Notes: generated by a model not told the origin, from the sequence alone. DNA of 62,789 nucleotides, filler included, from Choristocarpus tenellus KU-1152 (GCA_964200185.2; 10 parts of 10 records of this genome joined end to end with filler, not necessarily neighbours in it), one strand, 5' to 3'; counted from the first letter of the whole stretch, positions 39,501-53,029 are shown. Numbers and translations are program-made.

Positions 39501-40720
39501 AGCAAGAAATTATTATTAGCATAGTAATGTCCTCAGCACACATATGATTCAGGATATGGCATGGATGGCGTTCCTCTTTCCCTCTCCTACATTACCCTGC
39601 ATACATATGAATATGTAGCTAATGTTCATCTCTAACAACATTCTCTGCTCACCGTGTCAGGAAACACTCCAGCAGTGCGCATCTGTTGCAGGAGGAGCTT
39701 GGCAGCCTCCCACTTTCCTCCAGCTGCTACAGCCGATATTGCACTGTTGAACATGACGAGGTCTGGGGTAAGCCCTTCCGCCCTTGACGTTTCCAGAAGC
39801 TCAAGTGCCTCCATCCAGCGTCCGCACTTTCCTGCCGCACAGATCGCGGATGAGTAGCTGTGCAAATCCGGTTTTACGCCCTCCTCTCTCATGCGTTCAA
39901 CGAGCTTCAGAACCGACATCCAGTTGCGTCGTTTGGAACAGGCCGACAGGCAGGAGTTGTAAGTGATCACATCAGGTGAGACCCCAGCTTGCTTCATCAG
40001 CCGAAGCACATTGAATGCTGCAGACACATCCCCTCGCTTCGCCGCTGCATCAGTCAGAGTGTTGAAAGTGATTATATCTGGCAACAGACCACTCATCCGC
40101 ATGGGCTTCAACAACTGTAAAGCCGCTTCAATATTTCCCCCTTTAGCATGGGCCTTGATTGCTGAATTATACGAGATCAAGTCGGGTGATATACCGTCTT
40201 CTTCGAGCATTACACGCAGAAGCTCTTCTGCCTCTACTGGGCGACCGCACCTTGCAAGGGAATTGATCGCTGTGTTGTACGCAATAATGTCTATGGGTAC
40301 TTTCTGCAATCGCATCTCATGCAGTAAATGATGGACATCTTTCCAATTCCCTCGACTTCCTGCGCTCTTGATTCTCCTCTTGTGCATAATGTGGGTAGCC
40401 AAATCGCCCCCATTGCTATCATTGCATTGGGGTTGCTTTGTTCGGGTTGCAGTTCCGCTACCAGCTTCAAACCCAGTCACCCCACTGAGGTTCCCCTGTT
40501 CACGTGTGGGTGACTCCTCCACAACACATTCTCCTGTGGGATTCATACATTCTGAGCAATGTATTCCCCTCCCCCTTTGACCGACAGAGATCCAAAGCCC
40601 CCCTCTTTGAGCGAATATGGCCCGCCGAGCCAGATGACAATGCTGATCTGACAGCGTAGGTATCCCGAATGCCGTCAACCGAGACCCACAGTACATCGTA
40701 TTATCGCTAGTAATAGCCAT
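36520..40720 (-). CDS. Pentatricopeptide-repeat (PPR) protein, five exons (~40720-39653, 39473-39350, 39050-38585, 38178-37968, 37203-36520)
   Basis: Tandem 35-aa repeats of the type PDxxSYNSAIxACxxxGxWxxAxxLLxxMxxxG; splice phases are mutually consistent. Start codon uncertain. Confidence 0.92.
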
Positions 40721-41052
40721 GATAATTTGGGGAGCAGGAGAAATCCCTCTTCTGTCTCCTCTTCTCAAAGGAAAGTAGTGGATTGGATGCAAGGTTGCCT
40801 CCTTCACATCTCACATTTTTCACATCTCACATTTCACAATAGTAACAACAGTAGTAAGTAGTATTGTAGTTGATAAGGTCCTCCATTACCCCACGGAGAG
40901 ACATAGTACAATTTGATTGGAAGGACCGAAAATTCCATAATAGAACTTTCGAACCTTCGATTATTACCTATATATATTGATTGTGTTGACAGTCACCTCT
41001 CCAACAAACCTTGGTACCAGCTGTATTGGCACACCAGGCACCTCACCTAGCT

Positions 41053-42388
41053 ATGGGAAATGAAGATGCCAATGATCCTGCTGGAATGGATTGTGCGGTG
41101 AGATTTTTTTCAGTGTTGATTGGGGAAAGGAAAATTGGTTGTAAACTGACTTCCTTAGGTACGTCTAATTACCTCATCGTACTCTCGGATTGCACGCTGT
41201 CGCTGGCTCCATCCATGAAAAGGTGCTCAAGCTATCCACCATGATCAAAATTTATTTGAAACCTTGACTTTCGTCAGATCTTCCTGGCGTCTCACTTTCT
41301 CCAACATCAAGGTGAAACAGTGAAGTTCATCAAAGCGTGAGCTCTTGTTTATGCACTCTGGTATTGCCCACGACAGGATCCCGTGTGCAATGATAAGGTC
41401 GATATGTTCAAGAAGATGATAGGATTGGCGTCGGGGAATGCAACAGAGAAGAAGAAGAAGAACGAGGATGTAGTTCTCCCGATGAAAACTGAGCTGGAAG
41501 CATGTCCCCTCAGCAAGGATGAGTTAGGAACAGCCACATGGGGACTGGTGAGTTTCTCACCCTCTTTGAATAATTATGCCGCACTTGTGCACATATGAAG
41601 GGAAGATGAGGTTCCTGGTCGGAAGAGAACCCACTCCATGATTTTTTCTGCTATTTGGACATATCTCAGATGCACACGGCGGCAGCTTATTACCCACAGA
41701 ATCCGACGCCTGACATGCAAGAGCGCGCAAGGGCATTCTTCGGGGGCCTGGCACATATGTACCCCTGCAGCTACTGCAAAAAAGATTTTGAAAAGGAGAT
41801 AGCTAAAGAACCTCCAAGGTGAGACCCACCCCTGTAATGTCCCTCCTCGAATGTTCGGATCTGGGTTATTATTGAATGTCTTCAAACTCTACACTCTTGT
41901 CCGATAGTTTTTCAGAATGCTGCCTTAACTGATCCTCGATATGATTTCACCATGCTAAGTACTTACTAAGGATGGTGCTCCAGACATTGAAAGAAATTTT
42001 TCCCACCCGTTTGCATACAACTCTGCGGTTTTGCTCGTCGATGCCAAGATGTCGGGCAATGTCGATCCAACTCAAAGACTGCCAGTGCTAATGATCCAGG
42101 TGCTACAGCTTTGCAAATCAATACTCACCCATCATCCTGAAACATCTTACCCCCATCACGAGACAATATAAATGTAGCACACAACTCTCTTGTACTGACT
42201 GATCTCTTTTTTGCAGAGTGGAGTCTCGATTGGCTTTATCACTCTGGGTTTGCCGGCAACACAACACTGTCAATGCCAAACTTGGGAAGGAACAGTTCGA
42301 ATGCACGTTGCCAAATCTGGATCAACGATGGAAAACAGGAAAAAAATCTTGTTGGGGCCAGGAGGATGAACGTGCAGATCTTGCATGA
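41053..42388 (+). CDS. ERV1: FAD-linked sulfhydryl oxidase ERV1/ALR, four exons (41053-41097, 41377-41547, 41670-41818, 42217-42388)
   Basis: CPLSKDELGTATWGL|MHTAAAYYP, redox YPCSYC, WVCRQHNTVNAKLGKEQFEC (CX16C) and LDQRW. Confidence 0.93.
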
Positions 42389-45300
42389 CTGGAGGGGGGG
42401 TCTCAACAAATGCCCAGTTCAATTTTGTCCATTTCCTTTTCCTGAAAGATGGGATTTGGCTTGTGCAATGCAAGGGAGCAGAGAGCTGCAATTGTTGTCT
42501 TGATAACATGAAATAGTGAAGTACTACATCTGCAGGATCCCTAACCATCCCCTGAAATGAAGGCATGCCTTTGTTTGAGAATAGAAGGTAGTGATACTTT
42601 CTGTCTTAATCGAGTATTTGCAAGAACTAAGCCAAAGTTATGGCATTGAACTAGTTCCATGGAAAAAGCACTGGTCCTGAAATATATTGTAGAATAGGAT
42701 CTTCCGTTGTAGGTGCGAAATCATTTCCGTACTGATGAGCAATAATCCTGTACAATTAGCTGTACATCTTGAGACTGGTAAGATGCCAAACTCTTTGGAC
42801 TCCAAGGAATTTACTGAGTCTTGTCAGGGAAGTACTGAACAGTATCAAATGTCTAAAAGATCATATGTGTTCAAGGTCGCTGCCAAGGTCACAAATCCAA
42901 CATTGGCAGAAAAACAAACAAGCACAGGTCACAGGGTCTTGCATGATGCACCAGATATTGTATGATTTTTTTTATCTCAAAAGTTGTGCATACTACTTGA
43001 TGAGCATACTATTGTCGTGCTGCTGGATATAATTTGCTGCTGCTTTATGTTCGACTTTGTTCACACCCTTTCAATCACCATAGATGGTGTCTTACATGTT
43101 GCACCGTCTAAAAGCCTGCAAATCTTGCATCGAAAGCATTCACGAAGAAACCATCTCACTCTAGTTTGACAGTTCACTATTGAAGATTGTTCAAAGCCAT
43201 GACAATCGTAAATGATAGCAGTAACATTATTATTAGCATTCTTTGATAGTGCATATAATCATAGGTGGAGAGTGTGATCGTAATATCCGAAGTTATTGGA
43301 CATTACTACTGTCATCAACTCTCCAGAGTATTGTTTGGGATGCAAGGACCTGTTGGACTGAAGACATCTTCATGTTCAGACACTTCGTGGGTATGACCAA
43401 CATTCTGGAGTGCTTAGAACTACTCAGTATTTCTAAGTGGGAGAGTTATTCGTCGAAGTGAAAAGACTGGTGCAGTCCTGCATGGGGTGGTCTCATGACA
43501 TACAATATGAAAAGTAAAGATAATAAGACTGAGGAAGTATGTTGGCTGAGAGCTACATTTGAGTTCTTCTGAGGAGATGGAAGATGCTTGATGAGAGAAG
43601 GGGGGTATAGGAGTGTACCTGCCAATCGATTTATTGACTACTCTTCACTTTCGGTCGATGAACATGTTACTTTAGATTAGTACAGAAATGGAGTTTTAGG
43701 TGCTTCGAGCTTCTGATGTTTTTGGCTTGGAGTAATGCATATTTAATGGGCAGAGATGTGGCACAGGGCCCCAGGGTATACAACTTTCACATGAGCTCAT
43801 ATTAGTGCAGAATGTGGTCTGCTGTAGGGTGAAAAATTCCATCAGGGCATGCTTTGTGCAACATTTGAAATGAAGTAATGTGTAGCACTGAGTGCATTAT
43901 AGGATTTTGCAGTGAGAACATGTCTTACTATAGTTCTCCGGAGTAGTAGGACATATTTCAATTATGTAGCTCTACTGTTTCTATCTGGGCAAACCATGCT
44001 TATACTTGCTCAGCTCGATCACCCAATAGAGGCCTGGTGAGCAACTGTTACAAGGGTCTCACTTGGATACGCATTCTCCTCAATGTCTGAACTCAAGGGT
44101 TGCAAACCTCAGCTGGATCAGAACGGTCAACATGTATTATAGTAATGGTCGCTTATTTTATTTCCTCCAAGGATTAAAAGTGAGGCTGGTTATCTGTGAA
44201 GGGAAGAGTAAAAGGACGTGGTTTGATATCAGTGATAAATAAACTTTGTACTCTTTACACAGATTTCAGCTGAGTGTTGTTAGGCACTGTCTGGAAGTTT
44301 ATTTCCTCCTACTCTTTCCTAGATATAGAGGTGGAGCAAAATAGCAAGTGACTGGGGTATCCTTCATCAGGGAATCCTTCCTGTGATTCTGACTGGGGTG
44401 TTACACCTACCTGTTCCTGGGGTACTCTTGTTATGGTGGAACAGGGAGTGACATGTTGGGTGCTTGGATGACCCTCTTTCCATTGCTGGCTAGCTGTAAA
44501 GAAATAAATATTTTACGTTGCAGTGGCGAGGGGTGGGTGGGGGGATGTGTTTCGTAATGGTGGGACTTTTACCGTAGGTGTACTTGTGTTCTGACCGTAG
44601 ATCAGAGAATGTTGGAAATTTGAATGTGCATTTGCAGCAACCCTTGAAGTTCTGAGGTATTTGTCGGCATGAGACTTGCAGAGCATCAGAGTTGGGAGGC
44701 TGATTGAAGAGTCAACAGTCGAACTCCAAACTTCAGGGTGGCATTTGAAACCAGTACAGAAGATGCGACAACCACCTGTGTTGGAGTGGAGGTGGGGTTG
44801 GAGGAGATGATGCTGACGAAGTGTTGCTGGCGGGACAGTGTACATCCGTCCGAATATCTGGTAAGTTTTCTGTGGACCATACCTACACTTCAAGTTGCCT
44901 TGACCATACTGTATGATGGGCACACAGTTCGTTAACTACCTGTGAGGCATCAAAACTAAGAGTGACCGTCCAAGGCAGGAACTTTCACCCTTTTTAATCC
45001 CACCTGTGTCGTATCTACATAAATCTCCAAAGAATGGTAGGATGGGCTCGGCCATTTGAGTCAAGGTGGTAAGATCTTTGTCAATAGCTAGAATCATTTT
45101 TCTTTACCCTTGAAATATCCTTATATTCGTACAGATATATTGTTGTAGACAAAGTGTTGTCGAGGGGAAGGAATAATAGTTAATGAAGCAACACGCAAGT
45201 AATCCAATACTTCGAAGTAATAGACTACAACAAATGGAAAGAATAATAGTGAATGAAGCAAAGCATGAGTAACTTAATAAATTACAATAAATGAGATACT

Positions 45301-46143
45301 GACTGTTCAAAGTATAATAAATTCGCCCCTTTGGGAGGGGCTCAGACCCCTTGCAGCCTGTCTGCGTGAATAAAGTGGAGAGAGGGCCTTGTTAATATGT
45401 ACTCCTGCGTGTCACGTGTCACGTGCATAATGGGTTACTACTGCTGACTTTCTACGCTGTGAGTGGGTAAGGGGGAGACTGCGCCATGGGGTGAAGAGGA
45501 AGGAAGGTTTAGAGTGAGGTGTAGAGTAACCACTGTGCTCCAGTAGCCCCAGGAGGAAAGAACAGTGGGGGGAGATTGTGACCCAAAGTATCTGGGAGGG
45601 NNNNNNNNNNNNNNNNNNNNNNNNNNNNNNNNNNNNNNNNNNNNTTAATTAATTAANNNNNNNNNNNNNNNNNNNNNNNNNNNNNNNNNNNNNNNNNNNN
45701 GTTGTTTCGAACCCTCTCAAGGATCTGAAGCATACATACCCTCGATCTGAGAAGGAAACTTCAGATCCTTGAGAGGGTTCGAAACAACCCTGACTCAATA
45801 GACGAGTCAGTCTCAGGGACGGAGAGGGATCCGAAAGAGGGTGCTCTATCACCACCACCTGGTGAAGCATCAAACACCCTTACCCAGCAAGATAACAAAA
45901 AACGTCTCAGGTGAACGAGGAAGTTCTTGGGCATATGGAAACCAAGAAGGAATATCGTCATCGACCAGTCTCATTTCGAATACAAGGCTGTGCTTGGCGA
46001 GGGGACATTTGGTGAGTAAGAGCATTTCATGCTGAACAACGTTTGATAATCTAATCAATGAAGGAAACCCCAGCTTTTTGGGGTAAGAGGGGCTGCTGAG
46101 TGCATTGTACAAGCTAGCTGGATCATTGTACCTATTGGTGATC

Positions 46144-47152
46144 ACACTAGGCAGCAAACAACCAGCTCGTGCAGAGCTGGTGAATGCCGTCACCCTACCC
46201 CCTGCCATGGCGCTAAATACAAGAAAGGACGGTTTCTTTTGTTTTGCGGCTACAGATCATCCTATCCACGCCTTACGGTGGGTGAGCCACATCCACCTGA
46301 GCAGTTGCCCTGTGCTCTTGATGCCTGCCAAGGCATTGATCACTGGGCTGGGGTGTGTGGGCACAGGCACAGAGGGTGAAGATCGACGACAGAAGGATTG
46401 TCAGGAGAACCGACAACAGACTCCAGCAACACCTCAGGTGTGGGGCAGCGACCCCCACTGACCGCCACCGACCCCCACCAACAGAGCAGCAAACCTCCTC
46501 CATCCTCAGCTGGTGCCTCAGAAATGAAGCACCTCGAAATAAGAAAAAAGAAAAAACCTAGGCAACCACCCAAAATAAAAACAGTGCCGCATTCTCCTGC
46601 CATGCAGCCCCCTGCCCCCGCCCCATCCATCCTGCCCCATCAACAAACAATCCTTACACAAGGCAGCAAACAACCAGCTCGTGCAGAGCTGGTGAATGCC
46701 GTCACCCTACCCCCTGCCATGGTGCTAAATACAGGAAAGGACGGTTTCTTTTGTTTTGTGGCTACAGACCGTCCTATCCACGCCATATGGTGGGTGAGCC
46801 ACGTCCACCTGAGCAGTTGCCCTGTGCTCTTGATGCCTGTCAAGGCATTGATCACCGAACTGGGGCGTGTGGGCACAGGCACAGAGGGTGAAGATCGACG
46901 ACAGAAGGATTGTCAGGGAAACCAACGACAGACTCCAGTGACACCTTAGGTGTGAGATAGCGACCCCCACTGACCCCCCGCCCAGACAGCAGCAAACCTC
47001 CTCCATCCTCAGCTGGTGCCTCAGAAATGAAGCACCTCGGAACAAGAAAAAAGAAAAAAACCTTGGCAACCACCCAAAATAAAAACAGTGCCGCATTCTC
47101 CTGCCGCGCTGCCCCCCGCCCCCCACCCCATCCATCCTGCCCCATCAACAAA
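46144..47152. repeat. Tandem duplication of a ~510-bp unit (two diverged copies)
   Basis: 46144-46655 aligns with 46656-47152 with scattered substitutions and indels. Confidence 0.92.
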
Positions 47153-50100
47153 TATTTCCATACAACCTTTGCCCACGAATCTGTGGCGAATCGAGAAATA
47201 TCGATCATATACGGCATTTGACTTTGAGACTCAAGTGTATGGACCTTACCGCTGACAAAGTTTTTATATAACTTGGTCGAACTCTAGCTTCATTTGGCAC
47301 GCATTGCTCGAGAAAAATGACTGGAAAATCGACTAGAAAATAGGAGAAATTTCCACTGTATTTTTCTGTTTGTATGTTCAGAATCGGTGGTGCCCTAATG
47401 ATCTTGGTCTTCCTAACGGGGTTTGGGATAGCGGAAACAATGGAAGCTGTTGCCGCATGAGAGGTGAGTGGCATTACCCGTATGTACTAGAGGGTGGATC
47501 ACATTTGCGATGGGGACATGTGGGAAGATGTTTCTTTTGATGACCTGTTTCCTCATCATCTACCTGTATTCTTACGTATGAGATCAGTGTCAGGGTAATT
47601 CTATGTTTGTACAACTCTAAACTATGTGCACTCAAGGAGAGATAAATCGTTCAGAGCCTGTGCAAATTTCTCTGTAATATTTCGACGTACATATTTCTTT
47701 CTTATCCGAGTTTGATTAAAGATAGTCAAATTATGTGCGGGGTGCAAGATAAGGAGGACTCATATTTCCAACCTGGTGGTATCACCTTGTACATTTCGAT
47801 CGATGCACGTAGAAGGAAGGATAATAATGCTTATCACCAAGAGAGGAAATAAAACGACACTAACAAGGATTGATGGGTATCAACAGTAATGTGTAGAAAC
47901 GGATGGATGAATTAGCTAGAATTACTTGGTTTTATACACACGGTACATGTGTGAGAGATATTGTAGTATTGTTAATATTACAAATGGTGACGTGGAGGCA
48001 AAGAGACAAATGGACAGACTGGAATTAGTTGGTTTAACAGAGTAATACATACATTATATGTATAATACATCTGACCCCAATAGACTGAAGTTGCATGATC
48101 CTACCATATCCATTAAAAAATATATCACAACTAATATGATCACACTTCTCATATAATATACTTCAAACCATACATATTATTATTTTATCTGACACATTTT
48201 CAATCTTGAAGTCAACTTTCACCACCATTAAACAGTTTCGTCTTGCTTGATGGGACACTCTCGATTGGGGATATCTCCCAACTTTCGTTGAAATGTTTAA
48301 ATACCTAGAAAAGTTAGCCCTTTCAAACCAAAGTTAGCACTCCACACATAGAAAATATGGGTGAATTGAAAAATATTGAAACTGAGTTATGATGCAAAAC
48401 AGCAAAAAGCTGAGTACCTCTTGTTTACTTTGGCTTGGGGTGAGAAATTAAGGCTGAATGACTGGGAGGCAGATGCAAAAGAAAAATATTGTGTTTGTTG
48501 GAGGAGTCTGAAGGATGCACCTCATCGAGAAGGGTCTTGAGGGTCATGGGAACATCCTTTCTAACTCTTGCAATGGCCTGATCCTTGCCACAACTCAGTA
48601 CAGGAACCCATTTAATTCGGAGCAGACAGTGGAGTGAGGGATAAGAAAATGTCAGAGACGGGCATTGAAGTGATAAAATGCCAGTCAGACTCAGAGTCAG
48701 AACTACAGCAAACTGTTGGGGAAGCTATATCTGGGAAGAGGAGGGGTATACTGCCCGGAGAAAAATCTGCTGAGATAAATTTCGTGAGAGCAGCAGAAGT
48801 GGTGATTGGGCAGATGAGAGGGGGAGGAAACGTGGAAGGAACTATGTCCTAGGTCATAACTCCACACTGCTGTCCAATGACGTACTGGTCTCAGCTACAA
48901 CCTGCAGATGACCTGGAATTTTTCTAGTTAGGCAGTGTTTGGCAGTGAGCAAGACATATCCTAAATTCAAAGCTGTATGACTACCCACACTGGGCAGTAA
49001 TCTTTCCTCTTGAAAGTGGAAACAGCAGCAACAACAACAAATTGGTACAGTTCTAGCTCTTTAGAGGTTCATTTATGTACTCTTTGCTCTGGAGCAATTC
49101 ACCGGACTTTGTGTCCTTACCGTACTATACGGTATACTACTATGGTACTTGAGTGTATAGGCTAAATCTCCTTCTGGTCTCTCTCTCTCTCTCTCTCACT
49201 CACTCTCTCACTCTTTCTCTTTCTCTCTCACACACAAACACATCAAGCAAACACAAATACAAACAAACTCTCACTTTCTTTAGGAGTGGAGATTGTGGGT
49301 ATGGTTTGCAATCTACATGAAGATAATCAGTAGAGCTATTGTTACACTGAAACAGACCATATCTTGACCCCGATCACCCCCTTTGTCTTTTACTATGCAT
49401 ACTCTACACAGTGCCACAGGGGTAAACAGTTGCAACCAGGAGTATAGGGTTTTGTCATGTACGTAGTAAATGCAGAGCACACCTCCTGTGGTCCATGGTC
49501 TCCACGTACTTGTGGACTGCCAGGACATGATTCAGAGATGACCGACTAGGATTCTTGACCTGTCATGAATGCCAGCAGAGTCATAACCATGGCCACCGTG
49601 GGGGAGATAGAGGACAAAGTTGCAAGGGTTTACGTGGAGCTTTGAGCAGAAACGTCATATTTCGATGCAATGACCCTTGAATCATGGAAAGTGACAGGGG
49701 TCTACATGGCTAATGCAGACTGCAATAATCTCCGAAACAAGGTAGAATGAAGAGGATACTAGATGGTGGCGAGGGTGCTGATGTCGGCCTTCATGACACT
49801 ACCCAGTCTCCAGGAAGGAAAGGTTCATCCATTAACAAAGGCTCTGCACTCCATCATATTCCTCCCTTGCCCTCTAGTTTTTGTGTCCAAAGCACAGGCA
49901 ATACTCACCGTCTCACACGATGGATAAATGTAGGTTGACCCTATGTCGAAGTCCAGCATGTTCGACATGTTTCCTGGGGTCTGCTGAAGCATCCACCCAA
50001 AGTTGCCCACGATGTTGGCAACCGCAATGGAAATGTAACCACAGTTCCCCATTTGTGGATGGATACCAATCATAGTGACATGCCGATCAGAGAGGGGTAC

Positions 50101-50216
50101 GGTAGAGGATGCATTCNNNNNNNNNNNNNNNNNNNNNNNNNNNNNNNNNNNNNNNNNNNNTTAATTAATTAANNNNNNNNNNNNNNNNNNNNNNNNNNNN
50201 NNNNNNNNNNNNNNNN

Positions 50217-50353
50217 TGTTAGGAAAAGGTGTGTCCGGAACCTGGATATTGATACTTCCTAACAAACACGCTAGCCAAAATTACATCAAAATCACAACAT
50301 CGGATTTTAGCCCTCAAATGGACGCGGCTCTACTCTCTAAGATACTTTGGTTC
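50217..50353 (+). mobile_element. MITE family A, 3' part at contig start
   Basis: Aligns with the 3' half of family A and ends TACTCTCTAAGATACTTTGGTTC. Confidence 0.85.
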
Positions 50354-50462
50354 AGACAAATACTAGGACGATGATTAGTCCTGAACTTACACTAGAACTA
50401 TTATTTATACTAGCCCTAGTGCTTAAGCTAGCGCAGTACTTGTTCTAGCCCTAGTACTTATA

Positions 50463-50823
50463 CTCCCTCTGTCCCATAAGTCAGTTTTTTTATGCATGTA
50501 TCTCTTCGGGATGACCTCCGATGTCAAAACGGATTTTTGCGTTCGATTCCTCGGAACATTTTCGTAAGATTAGTTTTATTAAAAAAAATAATATATATAT
50601 ATATATACTGAAGTTGTTCTGAAAATATGGAACAGAGGTTACACGGGCATAGGCCCAAAAGAAGGCACTGAATTGGTGTATTGATGGTGTTGAGTGAAAG
50701 CGAGGACATGTAATATAATGCAAAAACTTCAATGAATCCAATTGCAAAAATATGTTTTGGGATCGGAGGTCATCCCGAAGAGTTACATGTAGAAAGGAAC
50801 AGACTTATGGGACAGAGGGGGAG
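50463..50823. mobile_element. Stowaway-like (Tc1/mariner-derived) MITE
   Basis: TA|CTCCCTCTGTCCCATAAGTC ... GACTTATGGGACAGAGGGGGAG; the inverted repeat extends ~60 bp through CTCTTCGGGATGACCTCCGAT / ATCGGAGGTCATCCCGAAGAG. Confidence 0.8.
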
Positions 50824-51294
50824 TCCTTGTACTAATATTAGTACTAAGATCGAGAGAAAGACTAAGACTTGAGCTAAAAAAAAAGTAACACTAATACCAA
50901 AACTAGATCTAATTCTAGGTTGAATACTTCGAAGTACTGGTTTTAACATTAGTATTATTACTATCACCAACACTACCACTACACCAACAGAAACACTAAC
51001 ATTAATGCTAACACTGACCAACTACTAATACTAATACTGATGCTAATACTACAACTAATACTTAACGCTAACACTAACATTATCGCCGACACCAACATCA
51101 ATTCTAGTGCTACAGAAATTCTAGTATCAATACTAATTCTAACACTAGTTCTAACACTAGTTCAAGTGCTATCACTAATGCTATCACGAATATTATAAAA
51201 AAAATTATACATTGCAGTGGGGAGCGGATATGTTATATGGGCGTGGTGATCTTAGATGGGATCATCTAGCAAGAAAAAGAAACTGGTGAGACTA

Positions 51295-51612
51295 CAGTGG
51301 AATTTCAAGGTATTTATGGTGGAACTATGAGGGACCTCCTCTAGATGGAAAATGGAAATCTTGACACATGCATTGACAGGGGGATGGTGGGAACCCCTGC
51401 ATATAACAGAGCCTCTATAAATTGGGAACTGATTTTCTTGCGAGAGGCAACATGAGCAGCTCATTTTTTGATTTTCTTGTGAGATAGATGTTTAGATGCT
51501 CCGTTGTAAGCAGGGGTTCCTGCCATCTCCCTGTCAATGCACGTGTCAAGGCTCCCATGTCCCATCTGGAGGAAGTTCTTCTTAGTTCTAAAAATACCTT
51601 GAATTTCTACTG
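51295..51612. mobile_element. Fold-back MITE with ~125-bp imperfect inverted arms and CAGT...ACTG termini (Tc1/pogo-like)
   Basis: 51295-51418 is the approximate reverse complement of 51493-51612; preceded by TA. Confidence 0.7.
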
Positions 51613-52157
51613 CAGTTCCATCAGCTTCTCATCTTTGCCCTGCTGACCCCAATCAAGATCACCATACCCGCCCTCCTCTCGCCACATTCCATCAGTGCAG
51701 TAGCGAGTTCTTGTCAGGACCATGTAGGGCGACCTCCTCAAGTGGATCACCTGTTCCACTTTGCTCCTCCACCATCTTGAATCGCTCCGTTCCACTATCT
51801 TTATACGATATGATATGATATGATATGATACATAAAATATATGAAAGACAGTGCTAGGTAGCATCTTTCGTAAATTGATGCTTTAAATGAAGTTCCCTTT
51901 TTCCTATTATCTGTATCCGTAGTTTTTTCCTAGATAGGTGTTGAACAAGTGACCACGTTGCCTAAGGTAGGGCCACAACGATATTCCTAGGGTTCAATCT
52001 TTTTCGAATCTGCTTATTCTTCCTGGATCTCTAGAACGCCAGATTGCTTTGAATCGAGAACACACATGGAAATGTCATATCCAACATACTCAGCAAAATC
52101 ATATCCGACTACATGGAAAACATTATATCTGAATAATATTCAGCCATAAATCATGAT

Positions 52158-52415
52158 GAGCCAAAGTATCTTAGAGGGTAGAGCCACGTCTATTTGGGGG
52201 CCAAAATCCAATGTTGCGATTTTGTAATTTTGGTTATCGTGTTTGTTAGGGTTAGGGTTAGTATCCATATTCTGGACATACCATTTCATAACGCATATAT
52301 TTTACCTACTCCTAAATACTTTGGAATAGGAAAATGTCATAAAAAAGACCATGGGAAGCCAAGCCCTAAATGGGCAAACAGGGCAAAACTCGCACCCTTT
52401 AAGATACTTTCACTC
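52158..52415 (-). mobile_element. MITE family A, full-length inverted copy
   Basis: GAGCCAAAGTATCTTAGAGGGTA ... AAGATACTTTCACTC with a perfect TGAT/TGAT TSD. Confidence 0.92.
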
Positions 52416-53029
52416 TGATATATGATGCAAACAACGGAGAACAATATTTCGACCAATAGTGTACTGCATTGTTGTTCTAGGCAGAGCTCAAGTATGTCAC
52501 ATTGAATTGGTTGTGTGCATTTTCCAATTTATAATTCCCGACTCTACCACTTGATCTTTTTTTTTTAACACTGTATTAGGATCATGACCCTAAAATCTGC
52601 AAACTAAGGAAATGAACATCTTTCAAAGGATTATATCTATGCTATTTTACAAGTTGAATATGCAAGGTGAAGCAGTCCTTAGAAATATTATAAATACTGT
52701 CTATATCTACTCTGAAGTACAAATACAATCAATCAGCACAGTTGGAGCATACTGAGGAAGACAAAAGGAGATACTCATGAAACAGCAAGGGCAGAGGATG
52801 GGTCTTTGGTCACACACTGGACACACCCTACTGCATATCCGCAAAAATCAATTTATGTCAACAGAAAAGATTTAGGAATTTTCTCCAGAAGTTACTGCAG
52901 CATATATGCATCTTGTCAGCTCAAGTGTTCTCCATCTAGGAAATTGCCCCAAACTTACAATAGTAAGCACTGAAGATGATGAAACACACTCTGTCTAGTT
53001 CATCTCAGTGACAACTATCTGGGATACAT

